NCBI GenBank assembly: GCA_047601445.1
Contig: JASGJH010000001.1
Location: 5,344,001-5,408,000, forward strand
Source: Myxococcales bacterium
GTDB taxonomy: Bacteria; Myxococcota_A; Polyangia; Polyangiales; DASUME01
Reading direction: 5' to 3'
Length of the DNA stretch: 64,000 bases
Positions within the stretch are counted from its first letter, which is position 1. Each line of letters opens with the position of its first letter. Positions 10,347-20,313 of this stretch are shown here, in pieces. The translations under genes were made by a program, and so were the position numbers. The notes under the pieces were generated by a model. The model was given only the letters and a program-made list of their open reading frames with translations. It made no database searches and was not told the origin of the DNA.

Positions 10347-12737
10347 ATGTCCCCCAATTCAGTGATGCCGCACGCGCTCAAGGGCACGCGTTCGCTGACG
10401 TCGGCGCTAGGCTTTTCCGTGTGGGCGCTGGCCGCCTGCGGCAATCCAGCATCGGGTGGTTCGCTGCTCGACCGGGATGGCTCGACCGAGATGCACCGCG
10501 ATGCGAGCGCGATGGATGGGTCGATGATGGACGCCTCGGCAGCGGAGCACGACGCCGCGAACGGGGGCCATGATGCCGCGCCGGGCGAACGCGACTCAGG
10601 GAACGACGCCAGTCTACCCGGTGAGCACGTGGTCGGGAGCCAGACCATCGGCGCCGCCGGTGGTTCGCTTCACGCGGAGGGAGTCGACCTGGTCGTGCCT
10701 CCCGGTGCGTTGACGAGCGAGGTCGAGATTCGGATCATCCAGACCACCTTACCGATCCCGGCTGGCTACGAGGGCTACTCGGCGATCTATCGCTTCGAGC
10801 CCGACGGTCTCGCATTCGCGAAGCCGCTGCAGGTCTCGCTGCCGTTCACCGGTGACGCCAGCAAGGCAACGATGTTTTGGTCGACGCAGGCCGATCGCGG
10901 CTACGTGCGCCTCGGCGGCGTGCCGGAGACGAGCGCGCTTACCGCGCCGGTTGCGCATTTCAGCTATGGGTTCGTGGGCAACGGTGTGACCTATCGGACG
11001 ACGCCGCGGCGCGACTGCACGGTCGCCAGGACCATCAAGGCCAAAATTGGTCAGGACATCTGCAACAACGCGTATCCGGGCTATCGACCAGCCAGCCCCG
11101 AAGTTCCCGGGTTCCCCGGTTCCGGATCAGCCGCGTACTGCTCCGTGTCGCTGACCAACATCCCCGAGGGCGACCCGATTCCCAACACGAAGTCCTCGGC
11201 GGTCGCGGTGCTGTTCACGGTCGACGACTGTGACGGCGAGCCAGTGCCGGGCTTGAGCACGGCGGATTTCCTGGTCAGCGAAGCGGTCACGGGAGTACCC
11301 CAGACCGTCGGGGAGGCCGAGGGCGCGCCACGCATCCAGCTGCGCGACGAGCCCGAGGTTTTCATTTCACTGGTGCTCGACGTCAGCAATTCGATCCAGG
11401 CCAACATCGAGGCCGTGCGCCTGGCGAGCCGTGCATTTGTCGAGCAACTGCACGTGACGCGCAAGCTCCCCGTCGCGATCAGCGTCAGCGCCTTCGCGGG
11501 CGGTGCCTTGAAAGAGCTCGCGGCGCCGCGCCTGGAACCTTCGACGCTCTACGCGGCGATCGACGACGTCACGACCTATCAACCGACCGACCCCGCGTCC
11601 ACCAACTTGAACGGCGGTCTGATCCAGGCCATCGACAACCTGAATGCGGAAATGAAGACCTTCGAGGCCCGCCAGGGTGGTGGCGCGCTGGCGACCGGCT
11701 ACGTGGTGCTCTTCACGGACGGCGCCGACACGGCCGGCCTCAAGACCTCCGCGCAAGCAAAGGCCGCGCGCGACAGCCAGGGGATCCAAGTTCTAGCAGT
11801 GGGTCTCGACACGCCCGACTACGACGAAGCCGGCCTCGGCGAGCTCGCCACGAATGGCGTCGTCACGGCGCCTGCCACCAGCACGCTCGTCCGCGAGTTC
11901 ACCACGATCGCCTCGCGAATCGAAGCTCAGCTCGCGCGCACCTACCTGCTCGGCTACTGCACGCCCAAGCGCGCGGGGCAGCCGAGCGTCCAGGTCGCCG
12001 TCAAAGCCTCGACCACCGCCACCGCCGCGACATTCACGTTCGACGCGACGGGCATCACCAAGCCCTGCACGGCTGGCTGGCTCGAGAGCGCGTGCGCAGC
12101 GGACACCTGTGGAACCCTGGGCTGCCACGCGTGCGACGACCGCACCGACTACTGCGACAAGGGCACGTGCAACACGCAATGCAAGATCGGGCACGTGTGT
12201 CATGGGGACAGCTACACGAATCCACAGGGCTACGACCAAGTCTGCCAGGACGTCACCGTGAACCAGCGCTGCAACAGCGTGCCCAACAGCGCCGGTGCGG
12301 CCTACAGTTGCGTCGACGTCACCACCAGCATCAACAACTGCAGCGAATGCGGGAACCGCTGCGACTACGGCTGCAACAACTCAATGTGCATCCCTGCAGC
12401 CAACGCAACCAAAGCAGCCATCAAGGGCCATCTGACGTTCCCGAACTTGACTGGAGCGATCGTCGCACAAGTCAGCGCCACCCAGGATCCTGGGAGCGGC
12501 TCGATCCAAGGAGGATTCCAGTCCTACTCGGTTGCCGACGCGAGTGCAGGGCTCGACTACTTCCTCAATGGCGTGTCGACCTCCAGTCAGTGGATCAACG
12601 TCGCCGTCCTCCAGGGCAACAACGCCACCCAGTTCGACGGTTGCGGTGCCAAGTTCAAGCTGACCAAAGGACAGACCACCACGATGAATGCCGAAGTCTC
12701 CCAGACCGGCTGCGATCCGTACGACCTCTTCCCATGA
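10347..12737 (+). CDS. Large lipoprotein: ZU5-like + VWA + Cys-rich repeats
   Basis: Lipobox ALAAC; TIGAAGGSL..VPPGAL..EPDGLAFAKP (ZU5-like); MIDAS LVLDVSNS...LFTDGAD; CVDVTTSINNCSECGNRC. Confidence 0.8.
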   Translation: MSPNSVMPHALKGTRSLTSALGFSVWALAACGNPASGGSLLDRDGSTEMHRDASAMDGSMMDASAAEHDAANGGHDAAPGERDSGNDASLPGEHVVGSQTIGAAGGSLHAEGVDLVVPPGALTSEVEIRIIQTTLPIPAGYEGYSAIYRFEPDGLAFAKPLQVSLPFTGDASKATMFWSTQADRGYVRLGGVPETSALTAPVAHFSYGFVGNGVTYRTTPRRDCTVARTIKAKIGQDICNNAYPGYRPASPEVPGFPGSGSAAYCSVSLTNIPEGDPIPNTKSSAVAVLFTVDDCDGEPVPGLSTADFLVSEAVTGVPQTVGEAEGAPRIQLRDEPEVFISLVLDVSNSIQANIEAVRLASRAFVEQLHVTRKLPVAISVSAFAGGALKELAAPRLEPSTLYAAIDDVTTYQPTDPASTNLNGGLIQAIDNLNAEMKTFEARQGGGALATGYVVLFTDGADTAGLKTSAQAKAARDSQGIQVLAVGLDTPDYDEAGLGELATNGVVTAPATSTLVREFTTIASRIEAQLARTYLLGYCTPKRAGQPSVQVAVKASTTATAATFTFDATGITKPCTAGWLESACAADTCGTLGCHACDDRTDYCDKGTCNTQCKIGHVCHGDSYTNPQGYDQVCQDVTVNQRCNSVPNSAGAAYSCVDVTTSINNCSECGNRCDYGCNNSMCIPAANATKAAIKGHLTFPNLTGAIVAQVSATQDPGSGSIQGGFQSYSVADASAGLDYFLNGVSTSSQWINVAVLQGNNATQFDGCGAKFKLTKGQTTTMNAEVSQTGCDPYDLFP

Positions 12738-12916
12738 CGGACAGAGGCGCAGCGATTCGGCCGCCAGTCAGGTAAGCCGCCATTCAACTGCAACCGACTC
12801 CCACCGAAGCGCTCCCCACGACCGACAAGGCGCCCTCTCGCAGCCGTCACGCCCCTGCGGCCCCGCAGCGCCGGCCGAGACCAAGGGAGCGCACGAGGCC
12901 CGCAGGGCGAGAGAGA

Positions 12917-13639
12917 TCACTGGGCCATGGGAGCAGAGGACGCCAGAGAAGGAGAGATGGTGAACTCCTTGCTCAAAATCTCCTGACCATCCAGCGTGCG
13001 CACAACGGCCCTATAGGTCCCGGGTTCCCGCCGAATCTTGGTCCACGACCACGTGCGGTAGCGCGGCGAGGTGGGCACCTCGAGCTGCACGCCGTAGGGC
13101 GAAGCGGCGTCCCCGACCTTCTCCCAGTGCACCTTCACCGCGAAGGGCGCCTGGTCGTTGGCGAACTGCATGAACGCGAAGATCTTGGGTGTGTCCGTGT
13201 CGAACGACTCGCTCTCGCCCACCGGCTCGCGCTCCTCCACGCTGGTGGCCAACACGAAGCGCTCGATCTTCACTTGCTCGGGCACCACCGGGCGCTCCTC
13301 GGCCTTCACTTCCAGGTCCTGCTGGTCGTGCTGGGCCAGCGCCTTGTCGAGCGTGGCCTGTGGCTCCGCCTGCACGCTCGGGGACGCGTCCGTGCTGGGC
13401 TTCACCGAGTCGAGCACGCTGCGCGGCGTGAGCGGCGCGGTGGCGGTCATGGGCGCCTCGGAGAGCTTCTTGAGCGACTCGGGCTGCGCGGGCGCAGGCA
13501 TCTCGACGCGCTTGGCGAGCTTGAGCTCCGGGTGGGTGCTCTTGTGTTCCTCGCCGCACGCTCCGAGCACCGAGCAGAAACCGATCACTGCGAGCGACTT
13601 GGACGAGATGAGCGACTTGAACGAAACCTTGGCAGACAT
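12917..13639 (-). CDS. Lipoprotein with C-terminal DUF2914-like Ig domain
   Basis: Lipobox VLGAC; VEEREPVG...V.VHW...RYRTWSW.K...PGTYRAVVRTLDGQEIL. Confidence 0.75.
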   Translation of the reverse strand: MSAKVSFKSLISSKSLAVIGFCSVLGACGEEHKSTHPELKLAKRVEMPAPAQPESLKKLSEAPMTATAPLTPRSVLDSVKPSTDASPSVQAEPQATLDKALAQHDQQDLEVKAEERPVVPEQVKIERFVLATSVEEREPVGESESFDTDTPKIFAFMQFANDQAPFAVKVHWEKVGDAASPYGVQLEVPTSPRYRTWSWTKIRREPGTYRAVVRTLDGQEILSKEFTISPSLASSAPMAQ

Positions 13640-13669
13640 GGGCTGTTCCTCCGTTGAACTCGCCCTATC

Positions 13670-13684
13670 GCAAGGCTTCGGCCA
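13670..13684 (-). promoter_or_regulatory. Putative sigma54 -24/-12 promoter
   Basis: Minus strand TGGCCGAAGCCTTGC (GG-N10-GC) about 30 nt upstream of ATG 13639, followed by a GGAGG RBS. Confidence 0.45.
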
Positions 13685-13780
13685 ACGGAAAAACTCTCCT
13701 AAATGCTCGAAATTTCGTGCGTTCTTTGAGCCTGCCGTGGGTCTTTTGACACACCCCTCGTGTCGGCCCTTACCGAACGC

Positions 13781-15133
13781 TCAGCCGCGGGCGCGCGCCG
13801 ACTCGGCGTGGCCGTCGAGGCCCTCGGCCTCGGCCAGGAGCGCGATGGCGTCGCGGGCCTCCTTCGGAATGCCGTTCCGGTAGCGGATGGTGCCCACGCG
13901 CTTGAGGAAGGTGTACGGCGAGAGGCCGCTGGTGAAGCGCGCCGTGGTGCCGGTCGGGAGGCAGTGGCTGGGGCCTGCCCAGTAGTCGCCAGCCGCCATG
14001 GGTGTGGAGTCGCCGAGCAGGATCTCGCCTGCGTGGCGCACCAGGGGCAACAGCGCGTCCGGATCGGCCACGGCCAGGCTCACGTGCTCGCAGGCGATGC
14101 GGTTGGCCACGTCGGCGGCCTCCTGCACGTCCTTCACGAGTACGGCGCAGGAGTCGGCCTTGAGCGCGCGCACGAGGGCATCGGCGCGCTTGCGCACCTT
14201 GAGCTGCTTCTCGATCTCCTCGGTAACCTTGGCCAGCACCTCGGCCTGCCAGGAGACCAGGAAGCACTTGCCCGGGTCGTGCTCGGCCTGGGCGATGAGG
14301 TCGGAGGCCACGCGGCGCGCATCGGCCGCGGAGTCGGCGATGGTGAGGATCTCGCTGGGTCCGTAGAAGCCGTCGCTGCCGGTGATGCCCGCGAGCTGCG
14401 CCTTGGCGAGCTGCACGTAGGTGTTGCCGGGGCCCACGATCATGTCCACGGGCTTCACGGTCTCGGTGCCGAAGGAGAGCGCCGCCATGCCCTGCGCGCC
14501 GCCGATGCGGTACACGTCGCGCACGCCCGCGAGCTGACAGGCCGCGAGCACCAGCGGGGCCACGTCCTGCGCGGGTCCCTGACCGCTATGCGTCGGCGGC
14601 GGCGTGACCACCGAGAGGCGCTTCACGCCGGCCACGATGGCGGGGATGGCGAGCATCACCACGCTCGAGGGATAGGCTGCGGTGCCGCCCGGCACGGCCA
14701 AGCCAGCGCTGTCGACCGGCGTAAAACGCAGCCCCATCGTGGCACCACCATGTTCGATGGGCTCCGGGTTCTGCGGCAAAAGGTGGGACTGATAGACCCG
14801 CACGTTCTCGATCATCGCAAGCAGCGCGGCACGCAAGGGCGCGCTCAACGCGCGCTCGGCGGCTTCGAGCTCGGCTTCGCTCACGCGCATGCGCTCCTTG
14901 GAGAAGCCGGGGTCGGTCCACTTGCGCATGTACTTCACGACGGCGTCGTCGCCGTGGCGGCGTACATCGTCGAGGATGGCGGAGACGGTGCGCGCGGCCT
15001 CGCTGTCGAGGCCCACGGGCGGCCGCAGGCGTTCGATCTGGGCCGTGAGAGCGTTACGGCCCTCGGCGCTGGAAAGGTCAAAGAGTGGTAACAGCATTGA
15101 TGACATGTCGAGCTCGGTCTTGGTCTTGCTCAC
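13781..15133 (-). CDS. hisD: Histidinol dehydrogenase
   Basis: GLAVPGGTAAYPSSVVM, GGAQ..AAL..GTE, VGPGN.YV, GPSE, DLIAQAEH, GDYWAGPSHCLPT; start uncertain. Confidence 0.95.
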   Translation of the reverse strand: MSKTKTELDMSSMLLPLFDLSSAEGRNALTAQIERLRPPVGLDSEAARTVSAILDDVRRHGDDAVVKYMRKWTDPGFSKERMRVSEAELEAAERALSAPLRAALLAMIENVRVYQSHLLPQNPEPIEHGGATMGLRFTPVDSAGLAVPGGTAAYPSSVVMLAIPAIVAGVKRLSVVTPPPTHSGQGPAQDVAPLVLAACQLAGVRDVYRIGGAQGMAALSFGTETVKPVDMIVGPGNTYVQLAKAQLAGITGSDGFYGPSEILTIADSAADARRVASDLIAQAEHDPGKCFLVSWQAEVLAKVTEEIEKQLKVRKRADALVRALKADSCAVLVKDVQEAADVANRIACEHVSLAVADPDALLPLVRHAGEILLGDSTPMAAGDYWAGPSHCLPTGTTARFTSGLSPYTFLKRVGTIRYRNGIPKEARDAIALLAEAEGLDGHAESARARG

Positions 15134-15230
15134 GCGCGGAGCGCGCGTCCCATGGTGCGTAGTGCCCGAGGGCGGCCCAGTCTAGCAAGCCAGACCTTGT
15201 CGGCACCGAACGACTGGTTACGTTCAAAGG

Positions 15231-17759
15231 ATGGATCGCCAGCTACTCCCAGTCATTGCCCTGCGCGAAACCGTCATTTTCCCTGGACTTACGGTGCCCC
15301 TCGGCGTCGGCCGGCCCGCTTCCATCAAGGCCCTCGAGGCGGCTCGTAAGCAGAACGGCATGGTGTTCTGCGTAGCCCAGCGCGAGAACGCGGATAACCC
15401 CAGCTTCGAACAGCTCTACACGATCGGCACCATCGCACGCATCGTGAGGGTCAGCCCCGGGCCCGGTGGGCTCAGCGTGCTCATCAGTGGCGAACACCGT
15501 GGCACAGCCATCCAGTTCAGGGAGCGCGATGGCGTGGCGGAGGCCTTCGTGGTCCCCGTGGAAGACATGCGCCCCCTGGACGCCGAGGACCCAGCCTTCG
15601 TGGGTCTGTACCGCGAGCTGCGCGACCGCGCATACGAGCTAGGCGCCCTGCGCGGCGTGCCCGAGCCCTCGCTGAAGGAGGCCCTCGAGTCCGCCAAGGA
15701 GCCGGGTGCCTTCGCCGACCGTGTGTCGGGCTACATGGAGCTGCCTTCGGCCGAGAAGCAGATGCTGCTCGAGACCCTCGGGGTCGAGGAGCGCATGCGG
15801 CGCCTGCTGATCTACGTGCAGCGTCAGATCGGCGTGGTGAAGGCGCAGCAGGAGATCCAGACGCAAGTCCAGGAGAAGCTGGGCGAGCGTCAGCGCGAGG
15901 TCTATCTGCGCGAGCAGCTCAAGGCCATCAAGAAGGAGCTCGGTGACGACACCAAGGAGAACGACCTTGGTGAGCTCGAGCAGCGCCTGCGTGACCTGAA
16001 CTTGCCCGAGAAGGTGCGCAAGGAGGTCGACCGCGAGCTCAGTCGGCTCGAGCGCATCGGTGGCGAGGGCATGGAAGCCCAGGTGATCCGCACCTATCTC
16101 GAAGGCATCGCGGAGCTGCCGTGGAACAAGCGCAGCGAGGACAAGATCGATCTCGAGCGCGCCAAGGAAGTGCTCGAGGCGGATCACTTTGGTCTGGAGG
16201 ACGTGAAGGATCGCGTGCTCGAGTTCCTCGCGGTGCGCAAGCTCGCGGCCGAAGCCGCCAAGCGTGAAGAGGAAGCCAAGGCGAGCGAGAAGCCCGCCGA
16301 AGCGGGCTCGAACGGCAACGGCAACGTTCACAGGGCGGCCAACACCAACCAGTCCAAGGAGAGCGAGACCGCCAAGGAAGAGGCCGCGGCGCGCTCCATG
16401 GCGCGCGGTCCCATCTTGCTGTTCGTGGGCCCGCCCGGCGTGGGCAAGACCTCCATCGCGGAGGCCATCGCCAAGGCCATCGGACGTGAGTACGTGCGCA
16501 TCGCCCTCGGCGGCGTGCGCGACGAGGCCGACATTCGCGGTCATCGCCGCACCTACGTGGGCGCCATGCCCGGACGCATCATCCAGGGCCTCAAGCAGGC
16601 CGGCACCAAGAACCCCGTGTTCTTGCTGGACGAGGTCGACAAGCTCGGCGTGTCGTTCCAGGGCGATCCCTCGGCGGCCTTGCTCGAGGTGCTCGACCCG
16701 GCCCAGAACCACACGTTCACCGATCACTACTTGAACGTGCCCTTCGACCTGAGCGAAGTGCTGTTCATCGCCACGGCGAACTTCCCCCAGAACATCCCTG
16801 CGCCCTTGATGGACCGCATGGAGGTGGTGGAGTTCTCTGGCTACACGGAGACCGAGAAGGTCCAGATCGCCAAGAAGTATTTGGTGCCCAAGAAGCTCGG
16901 TGAAACGGGCCTCAAGGACAAGAACATCACGCTGCGCGACGACGCACTCGGCGCGGTGGTGCGCGAGTACACCCGTGAGTCCGGCGTGCGTCAGCTCGCT
17001 CGAGAGATCGAGCGCGTGGCCCGCAAGCTGGCGCGCAACGTGGCGAGTGGTGAACAGGCTCCGGCCCAGGTCACCGCGGACGACGTGAAGCGCTTGCTCG
17101 GACGCCCGCGCGTGCGCCCTGAGCGCGCCGCGGAAAACGACGTGGTCGGCGTGTCCACCGGCATGTACTACAGCCCCGCGGGTGGCGACATCATGTTCGT
17201 GGAGGCGTCGATTAGACCCCTTACGGGAGGTGCGCGCCCGAGCGGCGAGGACCGCATCCAAAACAGCGCGGCCTCACTCATCCTCACGGGCCAGCTCGGC
17301 GACGTGATGAAGGAGTCCGGACGTGCCGCCCTCACCTACGCGTTGCGCTACGGCGCCGAGCGCGGCTCGCTCCTCGCGGGCGCCCCGCTCGAGGTCCACG
17401 TGCACGTGCCCGCCGGCGCCATCCCCAAGGACGGCCCCTCCGCAGGCACGGCCATGGCGACTGCGCTCATCTCGGCCCTCACCGGCGTGCCCGTGCGCCG
17501 CTCGGTCGCCATGACCGGTGAGATCACCTTGCGAGGACGTGTGCTGCCCATCGGCGGCGTCAAAGAGAAAGTACTCGGGGCCCATCGTGCAGGCATCACC
17601 GACGTGATCCTGCCCAAGGAAAACGAGCGCGACCTCGAAGACGTGCCGGAAGAAGCGCGCAACAGCCTCCGGTTCCACTTCGCGGAGACCCTGGACGACG
17701 TGCTCAGGGTGGCCCTGGTGGAACAAAACGAGGACGCGCGGGTTTCCGTGGTGCACTGA
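15231..17759 (+). CDS. lon: ATP-dependent Lon protease
   Basis: LON N-domain, GPPGVGKT, IRGHRRTYVGAMPG, LLDEVDK, PKDGPSAG catalytic Ser, PIGGVKEK Lys. Confidence 0.97.
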   Translation: MDRQLLPVIALRETVIFPGLTVPLGVGRPASIKALEAARKQNGMVFCVAQRENADNPSFEQLYTIGTIARIVRVSPGPGGLSVLISGEHRGTAIQFRERDGVAEAFVVPVEDMRPLDAEDPAFVGLYRELRDRAYELGALRGVPEPSLKEALESAKEPGAFADRVSGYMELPSAEKQMLLETLGVEERMRRLLIYVQRQIGVVKAQQEIQTQVQEKLGERQREVYLREQLKAIKKELGDDTKENDLGELEQRLRDLNLPEKVRKEVDRELSRLERIGGEGMEAQVIRTYLEGIAELPWNKRSEDKIDLERAKEVLEADHFGLEDVKDRVLEFLAVRKLAAEAAKREEEAKASEKPAEAGSNGNGNVHRAANTNQSKESETAKEEAAARSMARGPILLFVGPPGVGKTSIAEAIAKAIGREYVRIALGGVRDEADIRGHRRTYVGAMPGRIIQGLKQAGTKNPVFLLDEVDKLGVSFQGDPSAALLEVLDPAQNHTFTDHYLNVPFDLSEVLFIATANFPQNIPAPLMDRMEVVEFSGYTETEKVQIAKKYLVPKKLGETGLKDKNITLRDDALGAVVREYTRESGVRQLAREIERVARKLARNVASGEQAPAQVTADDVKRLLGRPRVRPERAAENDVVGVSTGMYYSPAGGDIMFVEASIRPLTGGARPSGEDRIQNSAASLILTGQLGDVMKESGRAALTYALRYGAERGSLLAGAPLEVHVHVPAGAIPKDGPSAGTAMATALISALTGVPVRRSVAMTGEITLRGRVLPIGGVKEKVLGAHRAGITDVILPKENERDLEDVPEEARNSLRFHFAETLDDVLRVALVEQNEDARVSVVH

Positions 17760-17796
17760 CGAGTGAGGCGCCGCGCCGGGTGCCCCCCCAACAACG

Positions 17797-17943
17797 CACC
17801 GGGTGACCTCGCGCCTTGCTCGGGTGGTTTGCCGGCAGGCATCTTGAGTCTGAGAGGGCTCAGGGTGCTTGCCGGCAGGCAATTTATCGGGTGAAAGCTT
17901 CGCACGACCTTCCCGGCAAGGAATCGAACACCCCGTGATATAA
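17797..17943 (+). ncRNA. Candidate structured RNA in the lon 3' region
   Basis: 21-bp stem 17831-17876 with five G-U pairs and a GAGA tetraloop, plus flanking hairpins; no family recognised. Confidence 0.35.
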
Positions 17944-17950
17944 CGCCCAG

Positions 17951-18550
17951 ATGCACCGCGGCTCCCTTGACTGGCTCCGGATTGCCCTTTTCGCGCTCTG
18001 CGCGCTCTCGCCTCTCCGAGTGCGCGCTCAAGAGGACGCCAGCCCCACTGCCCCCGTCCTGACGCCGCCCACACTCACGCCGAGCTCGCAAGCCACCGAA
18101 GAAGCACTCCGCATGCAGCTCTACTCGCGTCGCCTGGAGCTGCGCGAGCTCGCGCGCTCGGGCCGACCCGAACACTTCCAGCTCCAGCGTGCACTCGGCT
18201 ACGTCACCATCGGCCTTGGCGCAGCCGTCACGGGTGGAACCCTCGGTTACGTCTATATCAACTCGATCAGCCCCGACGAGCTCAGCCTGCGCGAGAGCAG
18301 GCTCCTGTGGGCGGGCGTCCTGGGCGGCTCGTCCCTCGTGGGCTTGGGCTTCTGGGCGGTCGCCGCAGCCTACAAGGACAATCGCAACCGCGATCAGATT
18401 GCGCAGGTCTCCTCCGAGATGAAGTCGTTGAAGCGACAGATCAAGGACGCCCGTCGGGCGCGCAAGCGCAGCGCGCAGGTGGATGTGTTGCCGGAGTTGT
18501 CGTTTGGGCGCGGGACGCAGGTGGGCTTGAGGTTGGCGGTCAGGTTGTAG
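17951..18550 (+). CDS. Hypothetical exported/membrane protein
   Basis: Signal peptide ending VRA-QE, two TM segments, coiled coil, terminal beta-strand-like tail. Confidence 0.6.
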   Translation: MHRGSLDWLRIALFALCALSPLRVRAQEDASPTAPVLTPPTLTPSSQATEEALRMQLYSRRLELRELARSGRPEHFQLQRALGYVTIGLGAAVTGGTLGYVYINSISPDELSLRESRLLWAGVLGGSSLVGLGFWAVAAAYKDNRNRDQIAQVSSEMKSLKRQIKDARRARKRSAQVDVLPELSFGRGTQVGLRLAVRL

Positions 18551-18552
18551 AC

Positions 18553-19086
18553 TCACCGCTTCGAAGCACCTGTAGAGATCCAATAGTGACGCTTGGGAAT
18601 GCCGACCGAGGGATTGGCATAGGTGTGCGAGTAGCGGCCTCCGCAGCGCTCGATGACACGGCTCGAAGAATAGTTGGTCTCGCTGCAGGTCACGAGGACC
18701 TCTGTAAGGTCGAGCTCAGCGGCAAGCTCCACGCCGGCTCGAAGCATCGCTGTGGCGATACCTCGGCAGCGGTACTCTGGCAGCACGCCGAAGCCGACGT
18801 GACCGCCCACGCGGCTCAAGTGATCATTGAGGCTGTGTCGAAACGAGAGCCTGCCGACCAGCGTGTCGCCAAGCATGGCCACCAGAAAGGTGGCCGGAAC
18901 ATGCCCTGCCGAAAGATTGCGTCCGTTCCGCTCATCCTCGAGTGCGGCCAAGTAGTCAGCGAAGGGCATGCCTTCTCGATAGCCGAGCGCGAAGTCGAAG
19001 TGTTCGGCCGCCATTTGCCGATGCGCCGCGATCAGCTGAGGCTCATCGCCGACTTGTAGCGAGCGCAACACGGGAGTCGTGGACAC
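18553..19086 (-). CDS. GNAT family N-acetyltransferase
   Basis: VPATFL...VGRLSFRHSLND.L...GGHVGFGVLPEYRCRGIAT...VLVTC...N..S.RVIERCGG. Confidence 0.88.
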   Translation of the reverse strand: MSTTPVLRSLQVGDEPQLIAAHRQMAAEHFDFALGYREGMPFADYLAALEDERNGRNLSAGHVPATFLVAMLGDTLVGRLSFRHSLNDHLSRVGGHVGFGVLPEYRCRGIATAMLRAGVELAAELDLTEVLVTCSETNYSSSRVIERCGGRYSHTYANPSVGIPKRHYWISTGASKR

Positions 19087-19100
19087 CGCACCCCCAGGCC

Positions 19101-20144
19101 TCAGCGTTTGGGAGCCAGCGACTGGGCCGCCAGCGCCGCGTCGAGATCGAACACGATCTCGTCCACGCTGATGTCGCGATCGATGGACTTGTTCTCGTAC
19201 AGCAGCTTGGCCACGTTGCCGATGCGGACCTTGTCCTTCGCGGTGGGCACGCGGAAGATGGGACCACGTCGGGTCTCTTCGATGGCGGCCTCGAGCAAGT
19301 AACCCGAGACTGCGGTCGGGCCCTTGTCGGTGTACACGTTCTGAAACTTCTCGGGCTCGCGGTGCCCCAGCTCGGTGAGCTGTTCGAGCACCTTCAGGAG
19401 TCGCTTGTAGGCAGCTGGGTTGCTCCTCAACGTCTCGACGTTCGCCGAGATCACGCCGACGTCGTCGGATCCGATCTGCTCTTCCGTGACCAACACGTTG
19501 GCGCCGTTCTTGACCGCGGTGGTAAGGAACACGCCGAAGGTGCTCCAGGCATCGATCTTCCCCGTGGCGAAGGCGGCGGCTGCGTCGGGCGGCTGGATCG
19601 GCACGCGCTCGACCTTGTCGGCCGGAATGCCCTCCTTTTGCAGTGCGCGCAACAACACATAGTCACCATGGGCGGCCAAGTTCACGGCCACGCGCTTGCC
19701 CACCAGGTCCTGGAGGCGCTTGATCGGGCTGCCCTTCGGCGAGATCACGGCGGTCTGACGTTGGCCCCCTGGCTCGCTGATGGCGAAGATCTTGAACTTC
19801 AGGTTGTGCGCGAGGGCGCCGATCACGGGGCTCACGGCGGCGCGCGCCGTATTGATCGCACCGCTGTTCATGGCCTCGAAGTTCGCGCTGAAGGCTCCAA
19901 TGGCAGGGACCCACTCGACCTGAGCGCCCACCTCGGCCAGCTCGCGCTCGAGGATGCCTTCGCGCTTGGCATAGGCGAGCGCACCGTAGTTGCTCTCGTC
20001 CGAGAGCCGAATCACCGTGGCCGGCTTGGACGAGGCCACCCCGGGATCTCCTGCTGCGGGCGCCGCGCCTTTGGCCTTGGGATCCGAGCAAGCGAGGACA
20101 CACGCGGCGAAGACGAGCAAAACCCACGAACGCTGCTGATGCAT
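19101..20144 (-). CDS. ABC transporter substrate-binding lipoprotein (SsuA/NrtA family)
   Basis: Lipobox CVLAC; G.LE.EL...G..VEW, SPIKRLQDLVGKRVAV, PPDAAAAFATGKIDAW. Confidence 0.85.
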   Translation of the reverse strand: MHQQRSWVLLVFAACVLACSDPKAKGAAPAAGDPGVASSKPATVIRLSDESNYGALAYAKREGILERELAEVGAQVEWVPAIGAFSANFEAMNSGAINTARAAVSPVIGALAHNLKFKIFAISEPGGQRQTAVISPKGSPIKRLQDLVGKRVAVNLAAHGDYVLLRALQKEGIPADKVERVPIQPPDAAAAFATGKIDAWSTFGVFLTTAVKNGANVLVTEEQIGSDDVGVISANVETLRSNPAAYKRLLKVLEQLTELGHREPEKFQNVYTDKGPTAVSGYLLEAAIEETRRGPIFRVPTAKDKVRIGNVAKLLYENKSIDRDISVDEIVFDLDAALAAQSLAPKR

Positions 20145-20313
20145 TGTCTGCGCTCCGTCACGAAAGACTCCCGAGCGCATGGTGAGCCCGGATGTACGGC
20201 CTTCTCGCACGTGTCTATCATACAAGACACGGGTTCGCAAGAGCGAGCGGCCGGTGTCTCGCAGTGCGAGCCCCCGATCTCGAGCCCATCTCGGCAATGT
20301 CCGAGCCCCCCGC

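Noticed and set aside
15639..17261. Long antisense ORFs (also 13760-15091, 57298-58620, 59666-61003, 37389-38759)
   Set aside because: Shadow frames of high-GC genes with no recognisable motifs
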